64,000 nt of DNA, from contig NMRA01000659.1 of the NCBI GenBank assembly GCA_002633005.1, positions 1-64,000 on the forward strand, read 5' to 3'. Each line of letters starts with the position of its first letter. Positions within the stretch are counted from its first letter, which is position 1. This DNA is from Phoronis australis (lineage: Eukaryota > Animalia > Phoronida). Below, piece by piece: positions 13,401-23,303 of this stretch. A program made the position numbers and the translations under genes. The notes beneath the pieces were generated by a model. That model saw only the letters and a program-made list of their open reading frames with translations, ran no database searches and had not been told where the DNA came from.

Positions 13401-16400
13401 GTAAGTAAAAAGCAAGGTTCATCAACTCACACAGTAGGAACTCACACATGACAGGAGAGCAGACGTGGTGCATTGCATTGCGGGTAGCAAGAAAGGACAA
13501 AGGACCAGATCAAAAAGGACAGAGTTCAAACAATTTCCAAAATGAGTACTCTGAATGTACAAAAAGTTGCAAAAATGAACAAAAACATAATAATAAAAAC
13601 CTGCAACTGATCACTGAGTGTAACAATATCTCTAAAATTTTTAATTTTACTTTTCGAAGAAAGTGCTTCCCTCAGTTCAGAATAACAGAGTGAGTTTCAT
13701 TGGTGAAAGATATCATCAAAACAGCAATACTTCGTAAATTACAGCCTAAACGTATTTTGTTTTGGCACATATTGCTTTCATAGTTTATGAACTGTAAACT
13801 GGGCTACCATTCAATATTGCACACCACTTTAAGGGGGCTAACATGAAATTTAAAATTAAAGTTATAAAACAAGCTATAGTACATTCCGTTTGTTATGAAA
13901 AAAATTGTTGAAAGAGCATCACTTTTGAATAAGTTCAACTAAATTGGTTTGTGAATTCCTTTTATGAAGTTTGAAGTGGAAAGAACATCATTGACAGTTC
14001 AAAATGTTCAAATTTCTACACACAGTTGATGACTTTGGCTAGAATTGAATTGGATACGACTTGGAAAACAAGGACATCTAAAATGTAAGCAGATAGAGAG
14101 AGACAGATGTTGAGAAATTGGTCCTGAGCAAATAGCAGCGTGACTGCGTAGTCTAAGGCAAAAAACTCAAGCGTGCACTATGATAATATGATGAACATAT
14201 TACAAGAATGCTGAAAATATCAAGTAAAATGATGTACGAAACATAAGAAAATTTAATACCAATTAATACGCTTTGCGAATGTAACACTCAATTTGACATG
14301 GAATGAGCACAAAACGACTCATAGATACAGTTGTAGACAAGGTGATTGACTGACTTCATTAATGTACCAATTTGATTGTAAATAGTTCATCTAGACATGT
14401 GAACAGCTTGGCAATTGAGTGTTAATGGAAAGTTACACTATTTAATTGATTTGAGTGTTTACCTAGCAAGTGATATACCTTTTGAAAAGAAACGCCTTCA
14501 ATAATCAATATCTCTTGCAAACATAGAGTGTGACAGTTTGATATGTAACAGTCTTGCGCTATATGTGATGGAGACTGATATGAACGGTTTAGCCAAAAAG
14601 GGTATAGAACGGACTTACGGGAATTGTACTTCCCATATCCTTATAGAGAAAGCACAAAAAGCACTCAGTGCCGTAAATGATTACACAGTCTGTGAATCAG
14701 TAAAACACAAAATTTTAAAGTCAGAGAGTTGATGCAAAACTTAAGTTAGGAGAATGTCGTTGAAGAATTCCACAAATTACGTGAAATGGCCATGATGCAA
14801 ACTCAAGGTTTTCATGGACTATAAAGCGAACATTGTGCACACTGAGGTTCTCCATGAACTGTAAACTGGGCATGGAAAAAACTGAGGGTTTTCAGGGACT
14901 ACAAACTGGACATGGTGTAAACAGAGGGTTTTCAGGGACTATACCTGGACATGGTGCATTAAACAGGGCTTTCATGGACTGTAAACAGGACATGCATGGT
15001 GTTTACTGAGGGTCTTTGTGGACTATACACTGGACATGGTACAAACTGAGGGACTATACACAGGGCATAGTACAAACTAAGTCTTCAAGGATTATACACA
15101 GGACATGGTACAAACTAAGGTTCTCCAAGGATTATACACTAGACAATGACTTTCATAACCGATTTGAACAGGCTATTACCCACTCATGCTGTTTGGGCTA
15201 TTGCCCTGGTAATGAAAATGATTGTCTTGTTGTCTTAACACCAGCTTAATGTGTACGGGCATGAAATTCCATGTCATCTGCCAAACAAACCTGTGGTTTG
15301 CTAAGGAGTTTAGACCGGCCTGAGTGGGTGTGCTGGCTACTCGGGATGGTCTATCATGATAAAATAGTAGCATGAACCCGACTATAACAAACTTACCTTG
15401 ATTTAGCGCTGTTTTGCCTCTCTGTGTGTTGCTTTCGCAGCTTGGCGAGTTCATCTTCATCAAATTCATACTTGCCCCGTAGCGCCATCTGACTTCCTGT
15501 CATGTAGTAACGACGGTCTTGCCTATGTGACATTATCTAAAAAATTGCAAATCCAGCAATGATGCCAATTACAATGAACAACAGATTTTAATGTTATGTT
15601 GATATTCAATATGTCAATATTAACAATAGCTTGAAGACTCTATGAATAAAGCTACCCTAGTGACGACAGCAAATAACTGCCTTCATAGTGAACGTGCATA
15701 ATAAAACAGACGAGTCAACATTTGACAATTAATGGCATGGTTTGCTGGTGTTCATCAAAATACTACTACTAAGAGCCTGCAACAATTAATCACATTCATA
15801 CTGTGTTCGTCTGAAAAGCAACTTTCCAAAAGAGTGCGCTAGGTACTTATTTCATTATAAACTGCAAAACTATAAAAAGATGTGATGAACAACAAAAACA
15901 ACTGTCATTGAGTTAGATCACATTGTGCTTTAGATTTTGGGCCTGGAGTGGGTAACTAGTCCACACGGTGGCTTAGAATTCTTGGGGACTCTTGTATAAT
16001 CATGAGTGTGGTTCACACGCAATAGATTTTTTGAAAATGACATGCAAGGTCAGTGAATGTAGCTCTTTGTGAGCCCTGCTCTTAGTCAAACTGTTGGACT
16101 ATGTAACTAAACACAGCTTCTTAAAGGGTTTATGGTCCTGGTTGAGAAGACAATTGTTTTACTATCCCCTTATATTTAGAATAGCTGAGCCCAGAATGGT
16201 GATGAACAACAAAACCATTTGTTGTCAGTTCAAACTTGGATTAAACAAATGTAATAATTGCTTTATCTAAACTCCCGCAGCTTACTTCAGATGTTCGCTT
16301 CATTTCTCGAGACCGCTCTTTAGCCTCTTGCTCAGCTTGAATCCTCTCTTTCTGCGTCATGTGACTCCAGATTGGTGAATTACTGGTTGCAGAAAATGAC

Positions 16401-19400
16401 GGACTGACAGGAGTTTTGAGTCTACCAGAGTCTTTAGTCTCAACTGGCTGAAATATTAATTTTGGTAAAAAATAGTTTAAAAATAATCTGTGCATTTTAT
16501 CATCAGTGCACATGGCAAATGGTTCTTTTTAACACAATGAACTGAGCATGTATCAGACACACAACAAAACCTGGAGAAGACAGCACAGGTTACCACTGTA
16601 CAGTAAAAATTCTCCATTTTGGAACAAAAATAACTGCGAAAATTTCCATATTTCTATTTTTCAGAGGTGTACAACATTGCTGCGAATGCTCATTTTTTAC
16701 CAAATGTTGTTTGATAATATGTGCATCATACAAACCACGCTAAAAGCAAAGTAAATTTTTCCTGAAAAGTTATTTTGTTGAGAAATTTGGCTAAACGAAA
16801 TTTCATCTGTCAGCCATATTTTGTATCCCAAATCAAGACTTTTTTTACCGTATTTGTAATCTGCAGCTGATTACAAACAGAATGACTGTGAACTCTGAGA
16901 ATTTTACAAACACAAGACAAGATTTGTCTCTCTTCAAGTAGTGCCACCAATATTGCTCAACAGATCATTCACAATTCGGCATTCAATGGAACTTTTAACA
17001 TAATGTTTAGGAATAATACACTACCCGTGAGACCATAACAAACAAAAACCGTTAATAACCCAAGTATTTTTTTGTGAAATTTAGTTGCTTATGAATGAAA
17101 CTGTATGAAAAGTGTATCTATCAACACATGGTTAAACATGAGAGTCCAATCAGTTGTTACTGTGGTGTTCTGAATAACGGCTTTCAGTGCTGAGCTCAAT
17201 AACACAGAGATGAAGCCATGATGTTGCATTAGTAATACTAACCACAAATCTCTCGCCATGTAGTGCCACTGACTTTGCACTGCCAGGAGAGCGAGACATC
17301 CTCTGTTCACTCACATGTAGCAATGGAAGCTGCTTCACACGACTGGTTGAGCTGAAAAAAAATAAAATCCTTTCTGGTACATTTTCATTAAAAAGTAACA
17401 ATAGAGAATTAATTGTAATTAGTCATAAAGCAAACCAAAGTAGATGAAATTTCTTTGCGAAGAAACTTCTTTCAACAAGACATCAAATTTTAACAGACGA
17501 TTAAAAGAATTTCAAGTTCCGTTGTCACTGATGAATTCTTAACCAAAACATGTTGGGGTTTAAACACATTCTACCACATTCCACAGTGTCCACTCCAATC
17601 TTGAGTCATTGCCAAATGAGCCAGGAACACAAGTCCTAAGATATGCGTATTATCCATCATTTTCAAATTCACAATTAAGGGTTGGTCAACATTAAGAGAC
17701 ACATTTATGATGAGATTAGGGGACCTAATTTGATTTTCATTTTTAGCCAACAAAACAATGTGAAACAACTTTAATTAATTTTTTGAATTTCCGGTGCTCA
17801 AAACTAAATAAGTGAACTTTCAAAAATGGTTTTAAAACAAGAGAGATATGGATTGAAAAATAGTCATCTTCTACATGTACTTGACATTTTAAGTAAAAAG
17901 AAAGATTTCTCTTAGAACCAGATGTCCATTTTTAAATTAAATAGGAGTTGATAAATAACACAAGAAGCACACGGCAAAAATATCTCCAAAAATCACCATA
18001 AGACAACAGTTACTGCAGTGTTTTGTGAATAGACTCTACTCCACTGTTATTCAATAATTGCCATCCTAGCGCATTACAATGTACACGATTGCTTAGAAAC
18101 AATGTTGGTGCAACAAGACGGTGGTTGATTAACAAAATGCATTGTAAACAAAAATCAACTGAAAAACAGCCAATGCAAACCAACGAACAAAACTCAGCTG
18201 TCAAATGAGCAAAAGAAAACAACAAGAAACTGTCAATAAACATCGACACACGGCAAAAACACACTTCCGTACCAAACTATGGCTAATTTCTTCAAGCCAC
18301 TGTTAATTCTTTCGCTCTTGGCAGATTTCTTTTTAGCAGACATTTCAGATCACTACCCCCAACAATAAATAAATTGCAATCACCTAATCAACGTGATACA
18401 GGTAAATCCAAGAGCAATTTCTTTTAATCTCTCAATGTTCAGTGTTTTTCATATGTGAAGTAACATTGGGTGTATGAGATCAATAGAGAGGCACTTTGTA
18501 TTTTCTGGTATTATATTGTCAGATCAATAAACACAGACTTTAACAACAGTCAGTATTGACAAAAAGAATATCAAAAAATAGATACAATGGGTGTGTTCAT
18601 AAGACAAGAATGTGACATGATATAGATACAATTCTATAATTTAGAACACTCGAACATTCTTTGGTATTAGATTGTCAAATATGTTAAATTTTCAAAAAAA
18701 ATAACAGTAGATTTTGTGAGAGTTTGTAACTGTATGGGAAACCTTGATATAGGTCAAGTGAAATTCCATTTTCTTTCTTACAATCAATAAGCAATGAAAC
18801 CCAAGTATACATGCTGTAAAAACTAAGCTATCTGATCACTCATCACACAGGAACACAGCATCACGGAACCGTAGTGAATTCCCCCCAGCAATGAGTGTCA
18901 AAAAACTCAAAAGTAGGATGACATCACAGGGAACTACTTCTCTATTGTTGTTCCACTCAATTTGAAAATTCAGTGACAGGTAACGACAGTAATTTTTCAA
19001 TTTTGAGAACAATCACTATGGACAAGAATGATTATTATGTGACAGAAGTGTTAGGAAAACTATGATGTGGGGCAACAGTGATGGCAGGTGTGGAATGGTA
19101 CATTTAGTTCCTTGGTAACGGCATTGAAATTTTCATGGGTTAGAAGAATTTTCCAAAAAAAGTATGTTAACAAATGGCAAAATGCAGATCTTGAAAAGGT
19201 TTTTCAACTGATCTTTGCTTTTGTGGAGTTTTGGAGATGCATTTTATAATGAGATTTTTTCAAAAATAACAAATAAATTTTGGTAGGAAACTTTCCAAGC
19301 TTTACACTAGCTTCTAAGATTGACTCAGTTCAGTCAAGATTATCTCAAACCTTGTACTTTGTACACAAAAATTGGACACTTTTGCAATATTCCAGATGTT

Positions 19401-22400
19401 CTAGATGACAAAAAATTAAAAACCCAGAAAAATTACAAAAGTGATTGAACTAATATTGTAAGTTTCACACTGTGGAAGACTTTACCATTTTCAAGTTCTG
19501 AGCCAATAAGTTACCACCACAAATATTATGAAAATTTTGTTCATTTTTAACTTACAAGCTAAGCCTTTGAAAGCTATGATGGGGAAATTCTAGGAACTGT
19601 TTTTATCCAAAATTGGTGAAACATAAAAGCGATGGAACTTCATGGATGTTGTAAACAAGAACATAGTAGTTCCCTACACAGTAAAGTACAGGTACTTGGC
19701 AGCTGAAATATCCATGGTGAGAACACAGGGGAGATAATCACACAATAATGACTGGCCTAACCATGTCATTACACTTCTTCTACCAAATGCAAATCCACAG
19801 ATTAAACCTCCTCTCCAGAATGTAATACCATAAGTCTATTAATACACAAACTGGTCTGTTATCAGGGCAACTCCAGACAAACAGGTCTTAGAAACTCTAA
19901 TAATACCTCTTGTTGACAAAGAGTGTGTTGAAAGCAAAACCAGGACATGCCTACAATGGACAGTTTACCTAAAGGATTGTACTGCTAAAGATAAGTGGAA
20001 GGAAAATGTTGATTTAAATCTCCACTGTGGAGGGCATGCTTTAGATACTATGGACACTTGGGCAGCACTGATTGAGCTTCATAGGGTTAGACAGGCAGAG
20101 CAGCTAGTTTTATGACATTCCACCGATTTACAGCAACTATACTAAGTTTTATTTTAACCAACCAAATTAACATATCAGACCAGGAAAACAGCAATCACAA
20201 GCTGTCTATGGTCCATGGGAGTCACAAGGTGACTGTTTTCTGTCACTACATACTTATAATGCAAGATTTGTTTGCAGATTTAAGTTAAAAACAATTGTTA
20301 TTAAAGACCAACTGATTATTCAGTTGCCACCAGTGTTCTGTTGTGTGATTCCACGCAAGTGACAACGTACATGACAACGGAGGTTAATACCTTTCCAATT
20401 TATGCAAATGACAAAAATTCCTGTAAGTGTAAAACTGTAGACTGACTGCCCTTCAAGAAGAAACAATAAAACATGGACTTCGCAATCCAAAGATTCAAAC
20501 AAACTCTCATCCATCTCTAGAAGATAATTATAACACCAACAAAATGCATAGTTTTCTGAGTGGGATGTGATTAAGCAGGTAATTCAACAACGCTAAAGCT
20601 CAAATAGCGCCGTACAATAATGCACAATTTGACCATCTCAAAAGCACCCCACTGAGTTCAACCTGAGATCTCAAATACCCTGCTGCATTTCCCAACATGA
20701 CTACTATGTAGTGCAGTTGGGATTTTGAAATTTATAATAAAAAATAAATACCATTTAAATGTTTTATAAATTAGTCAATGCCATAAAAGAACGGGTGCTT
20801 TACGAATCTCCTATACATTGTTTTTTATAACCTGACCAATGGTCAATCAACATCAATTCACGCAGACTTGTTATTGATCAAATCCTACAATACATGAACC
20901 CACTTTCAATAGATGAACTTTAGTGAATCCCATGTATTTATAACCCTAGACCAAAGTATGAATAAAGATTCAAGTGTATATTTACTTGGTTGAACAAGCT
21001 TGTACTTCCACTTCATTTTCACAACACAATACAGGATTGATTTCTCTATGAGAACATATCCTTTGAACAAATAAACCTCACCAGTAAAATACTTTGATGC
21101 CTGAGTAAACTGAAATATTATGCAGTTGCAGCCATAAAACGTAACTTAATTATTCAGCTCAGTCTAAAACCAAATCATTAACTAACAACTGGTGCTCATT
21201 AGAAAACAGTCATGAACTCCAAAGTATATGAGTTCAAACAATTGTTTGACAAAAAAAGTTGAGAGATTTTAATGTTAAACCGTTGCCTAGAAAACAAATA
21301 ACATCCAAAAGAGGATTAAACAACTGATTGTAAACTATGCTATATAAACACTCGAGCAATGAAGTAACTGACATAGCTAAGTCACTTTCAATTTTAGTTC
21401 TATTTAACTAATCCTAAAAGTTATAGATTAGTAGCATATAATTATCCAAATCGTTATGAAATAGAAATCATTTACTCACAGAAAGTGTACAGTTGAAGCT
21501 CGCTATCAGAAAAATATTTCTGAGTGGAAAATGAACTAATTTCTCAAACATCACCGCAGACACTATAAAACATTTGATGCCGATCAATATCAAATATTTT
21601 ACTGAAAAAGGTTGTGTACACATAGATTCGTGCAACATCTAGAAATTTCCCATAACACATTGCACGTGCTATGCCTCAAAACATCAACATGCAAGGTTAA
21701 ATGCTACCAGAAAGCAGACGACACTATAGCACTCTGCCCCTGCATCAGCAGCACAATTTGTCAAACACACCTTCCCACCATAACCATATCCCAGCATGCA
21801 AAGTGAGATCACATTTAGCTTCTTACATAACACCCTATGCATCAAAGCAAAAATGTGAAATAAAGAATGCTTTACCACCAATAGCCGGAATTCGAGAGGA
21901 CAAAAACAAATTTGAACTATAATGCTGTTACATGGAAATATAAATTTTATTTTGGCTTAAATAACTACTGAAGCATTTTATTGAAATGGGAGGCTGGTTT
22001 CAAAACAAGTTCTTACCAGAATGCCTGCGATGTGGCTGACCGATGTAAGTTGATATCGTCTGGTGAAAAGGGCAACTGAAAAAGAAGAGCAAAGCATTTA
22101 AATTTTAAAACTTTTCTAATGAGATGCCATACAAATCACACATCAACAGTTCTGCTAGAGAAAAATGCCAAAGCGGAAAGTAGCATTAATCCTAAATACA
22201 GCCACATGACCCAGACTATGATTTTGTCAGGACAACATTCAAACATTTTGAGTACTTGGAGCTAGCATTCCTGAGCCTGTTCGCAAACCAATAAAACACC
22301 TTACTGAAGTCTGCATTTTCGCACGCTATCCTAATACAATAAATAATGTGCTTTAACCTCAATTTTTACATTAAATCAATTAGAGTCTGAGGAAACAAAT

Positions 22401-22956
22401 TAACTGCTGACAAAGACCTTTGTAGACAGAATGTAAGTCATGTTGAAAAGTGTCGCGATATCTGCTTAGGAGCAAAATTTCACTTTGGATAAACTGATAA
22501 AAATTCTACTAATCACCTACAATTATTCTTATTTTATTTATGCCATTGTTAGAATTAGTTGTCAGAAAATTTAAGTTGACTTGAACAGAATAGAACCTCA
22601 CAGCATACCTTTTCAACAAAATAATACTCAATGGCAATATCCCATTTTAATTAATTAAAAAACAAAACACTACAGTTGAGCATACTTACAGGCACAACAA
22701 GATCGGACACAAAAGTGACCTCTGACTGTGGGGTCAAAGGTGGGGTCAAAGATGTCGCTGCCGGAGTTCTTTTCCTCACTTTGAACTGAACAGGAAGTGA
22801 CCTCGTAGGAGGTCTTGTCTTTAGGTTGGTACTCCAGGCCGGATTTGACTTGAGTTGTATCCCTAGTTTTCTCAGGTGTAACACAGACTCCCTGCCAGTG
22901 AATTCTCCATTTGACCTGGCCCTCAATGACCTGGGCCTTTTTGGGAAGGCCTGCAT
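1274..22956 (-). CDS. Multi-exon gene A: EF-hand calcium-binding protein (~807 aa; low-complexity N-terminus, four C-terminal EF-hands)
   Basis: 15 GT-AG exons join in one frame with matching phases: 22690-22956, 22017-22075, 17243-17351, 16286-16447, 15397-15536, 13335-13389, 11079-11160, 7753-8281, 6922-7178, 6224-6321, 5161-5328, 4545-4630, 3716-3785, 2861-3011, 1274-1464 (2424 nt incl. TAA). EF loops DTDGNGVLSMKE, DLNKDKTIDLNE, DEDFSGKISLNE, DKDRNGYIEFVE. 5' exons are less certain than 3' exons. Confidence 0.85.
1536..1663. repeat. 43-bp tandem repeat, about 3 copies (third degenerate)
   Basis: gacaggcaggtactgccagacaaccagtgaga.gtgtctagac at 1536 and 1579, diverged copy from 1623. Confidence 0.8.
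2043..2499. other. Assembly gap (N run) in the last intron of gene A
   Basis: 457 N; flanking exons are phase-compatible, so no exon is required in the gap. Confidence 0.99.
2566..2704. mobile_element. Small putative non-autonomous TIR element
   Basis: Ends tagactgtaatcagc ... ggataaatacggtcta are imperfect inverted repeats; related accgcatttatccacctt near 1772. Confidence 0.4.
2861..3011 (-). CDS. Gene A exon 14 (EF3 and start of EF4: EMFELVDEDFSGKISLNE...VDKDRNG)
   Basis: ttatag acceptor, G|gtaag donor, phase 0->1; not in ORF track. Confidence 0.93.
3210..3453. mobile_element. MITE family 1, TIR TA-YGGTAAAAATTCTTCAA, TA-flanked (Tc1/mariner-like)
   Basis: tacggtaaaaaaatcttcagt ... attgaagaatttttaccata; homologous copies at 4677, 10710, 16599. 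Confidence 0.8.
3716..3785 (-). CDS. Gene A exon 13 (linker LSSADEPLELNLPKLAYHITSYR)
   Basis: cttattcag acceptor, gtaagt donor, phase 2->0 bridges exons 12 and 14. Confidence 0.88.
4545..4630 (-). CDS. Gene A exon 12 (EF2: VFDLNKDKTIDLNEFVTVAALNDRLTGH)
   Basis: atttcag acceptor, gtaag donor, phase 0->2. Confidence 0.93.
4677..4912. mobile_element. MITE family 1 copy (opposite orientation to 3210)
   Basis: tatggtaaaaattcttcaatttgg ... ctgaagaatatttac; shared core aaattttcctgaaaagttattttt. Confidence 0.78.
5161..5328 (-). CDS. Gene A exon 11 (EF1: LSDLYMY...LDTDGNGVLSMKE...VALFMK)
   Basis: ctctttcag acceptor, gtaagt donor, phase 0->0. Confidence 0.93.
6224..6321 (-). CDS. Gene A exon 10 (DDDDEMTEEETKDAMTIFRKRTESLKPASDAMG)
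   Basis: ttttttag acceptor, gtgag donor, phase 1->0. Confidence 0.88.
6922..7178 (-). CDS. Gene A exon 9 (Pro/Glu-rich PPEPEPEPPPEPEP)
   Basis: actttcag acceptor, G|gtaag donor, phase 2->1; matches ORF 6905-7177. Confidence 0.9.
7201..7380. repeat. Dispersed repeat family 3 (second copy at ~62586-62760)
   Basis: Shared blocks gtaggac..gaaaaat, tctcagaaatggctga, cacttttgc.tgaggggctatcaaa; full extent uncertain. Confidence 0.65.
7753..8281 (-). CDS. Gene A exon 8 (large acidic, Asn-rich low-complexity exon; contains KTVHF)
   Basis: ttttttcag acceptor, gtgagt donor, phase 1->2; matches ORF 7749-8252. Confidence 0.9.
10710..10890. mobile_element. MITE family 1, internally deleted copy
   Basis: ttcttcaatttggga ... 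gctcaaaattttactgaaaagttattttt ... ttgaagattttttatcata. Confidence 0.65.
11079..11160 (-). CDS. Gene A exon 7 (GGEQSTPGGHLPLVDNDRGDNVFLTNK)
   Basis: tttacttcag acceptor, AAG|gtag donor, phase 0->1. Confidence 0.85.
13335..13389 (-). CDS. Gene A exon 6 (YSDAVAMLDYKPDGEHIE)
   Basis: cattaag acceptor, GAG|gtaagt donor, phase 2->0. Confidence 0.82.
14790..15142. repeat. Degenerate ~32-bp minisatellite, roughly 10 copies
   Basis: Recurring catggt.caaactgagggttttca.ggacta.aca.gga. Confidence 0.75.
15397..15536 (-). CDS. Gene A exon 5 (IMSHRQDRRYYMTGSQMALRGKYEFDEDELAKLRKQHTERQNSAKS)
   Basis: ttttttag acceptor, AG|gtaagt donor, phase 0->2. Confidence 0.88.
16286..16447 (-). CDS. Gene A exon 4 (PVETKDSGRLKTP...REMKRTSE)
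   Basis: atttcag acceptor, gtaagc donor, phase 0->0. Confidence 0.85.
16599..16852. mobile_element. MITE family 1 copy
   Basis: tacagtaaaaattctccattttggaac ... ctttttttaccgta; same internal core. Confidence 0.78.
17243..17351 (-). CDS. Gene A exon 3 (STSRVKQLPLLHVSEQRMSRSPGSAKSVALHGERFV)
   Basis: tttttttcag acceptor, gttagt donor, phase 2->0; alternative in-frame gtgagt donor would end the exon at 17315. Confidence 0.75.
18273..18343 (-). CDS. Gene A putative alternative first coding exon (MSAKKKSAKSERINSGLKKLAIV)
   Basis: ATG preceded by in-frame TGA, phase-2 gtacgg donor compatible with exon 3, acceptor giving exon start at 18352. Confidence 0.5.
19107..19119. promoter_or_regulatory. Candidate RFX X-box
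   Basis: GTTCCTTGGTAAC fits the 13-bp X-box form; 0.75 kb upstream of the alternative exon. Confidence 0.35.
21282..21300. promoter_or_regulatory. Candidate X-box overlapping a forkhead-like site
   Basis: GTTGCCTAGAAAAC followed by AAACAAATA. Confidence 0.3.
22017..22075 (-). CDS. Gene A exon 2 (LPFSPDDINLHRSATSQAF)
   Basis: ctttttcag acceptor, TG|gtaag donor, phase 0->2. Confidence 0.82.
22690..22956 (-). CDS. Gene A first coding exon (MQAFPKRPRSLRARSNG...DLVVP), basic and Pro-rich
   Basis: ttgttccag acceptor (exon starts 22965), ATG at 22956, gtaagt donor in phase 0. Confidence 0.78.
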
Positions 22957-23154
22957 TGTTGAAACCTGGAACAATGTTAAATTTAATCATAAAGGTCTTT
23001 TAACAAAAGAAATAGACAAAAATATATAACAAATCATCTATGGCTATTCTAGATGTAAGACAGAATCTGGTGACCATGGGTTGTACTACTTAGGTTATTG
23101 TATTTGGTAATTGAAGGCATTGATCAGCACTTTCTATCAAAGGTCCTCAGGTTT

Positions 23155-23303
23155 TATGGTGTTTTCTCTCATAGTTCGTACACTAGTGAACAAACTGTTT
23201 TTCCCTTGGATGCCTACTGTACGAACTATTAGAGACAAACCCCATGTTTCAAGGGACGTGTACGAACTAATAGAGTGTACGATCTATTAGAGAAAACACC
23301 GTA
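23155..23303. mobile_element. MITE with ~30-bp TIRs, TA-flanked
   Basis: tatggtgttttctctcatagttcgtacact ... agtgtacgatctattagagaaaacaccgta, with internal tgtacgaacta subrepeats. Confidence 0.8.

Noticed and set aside
22670-22990. Second long overlapping frame across gene A exon 1 (dual coding?)
   Set aside because: This frame is out of phase with the 22690 donor and exon 2 chain; no independent support.
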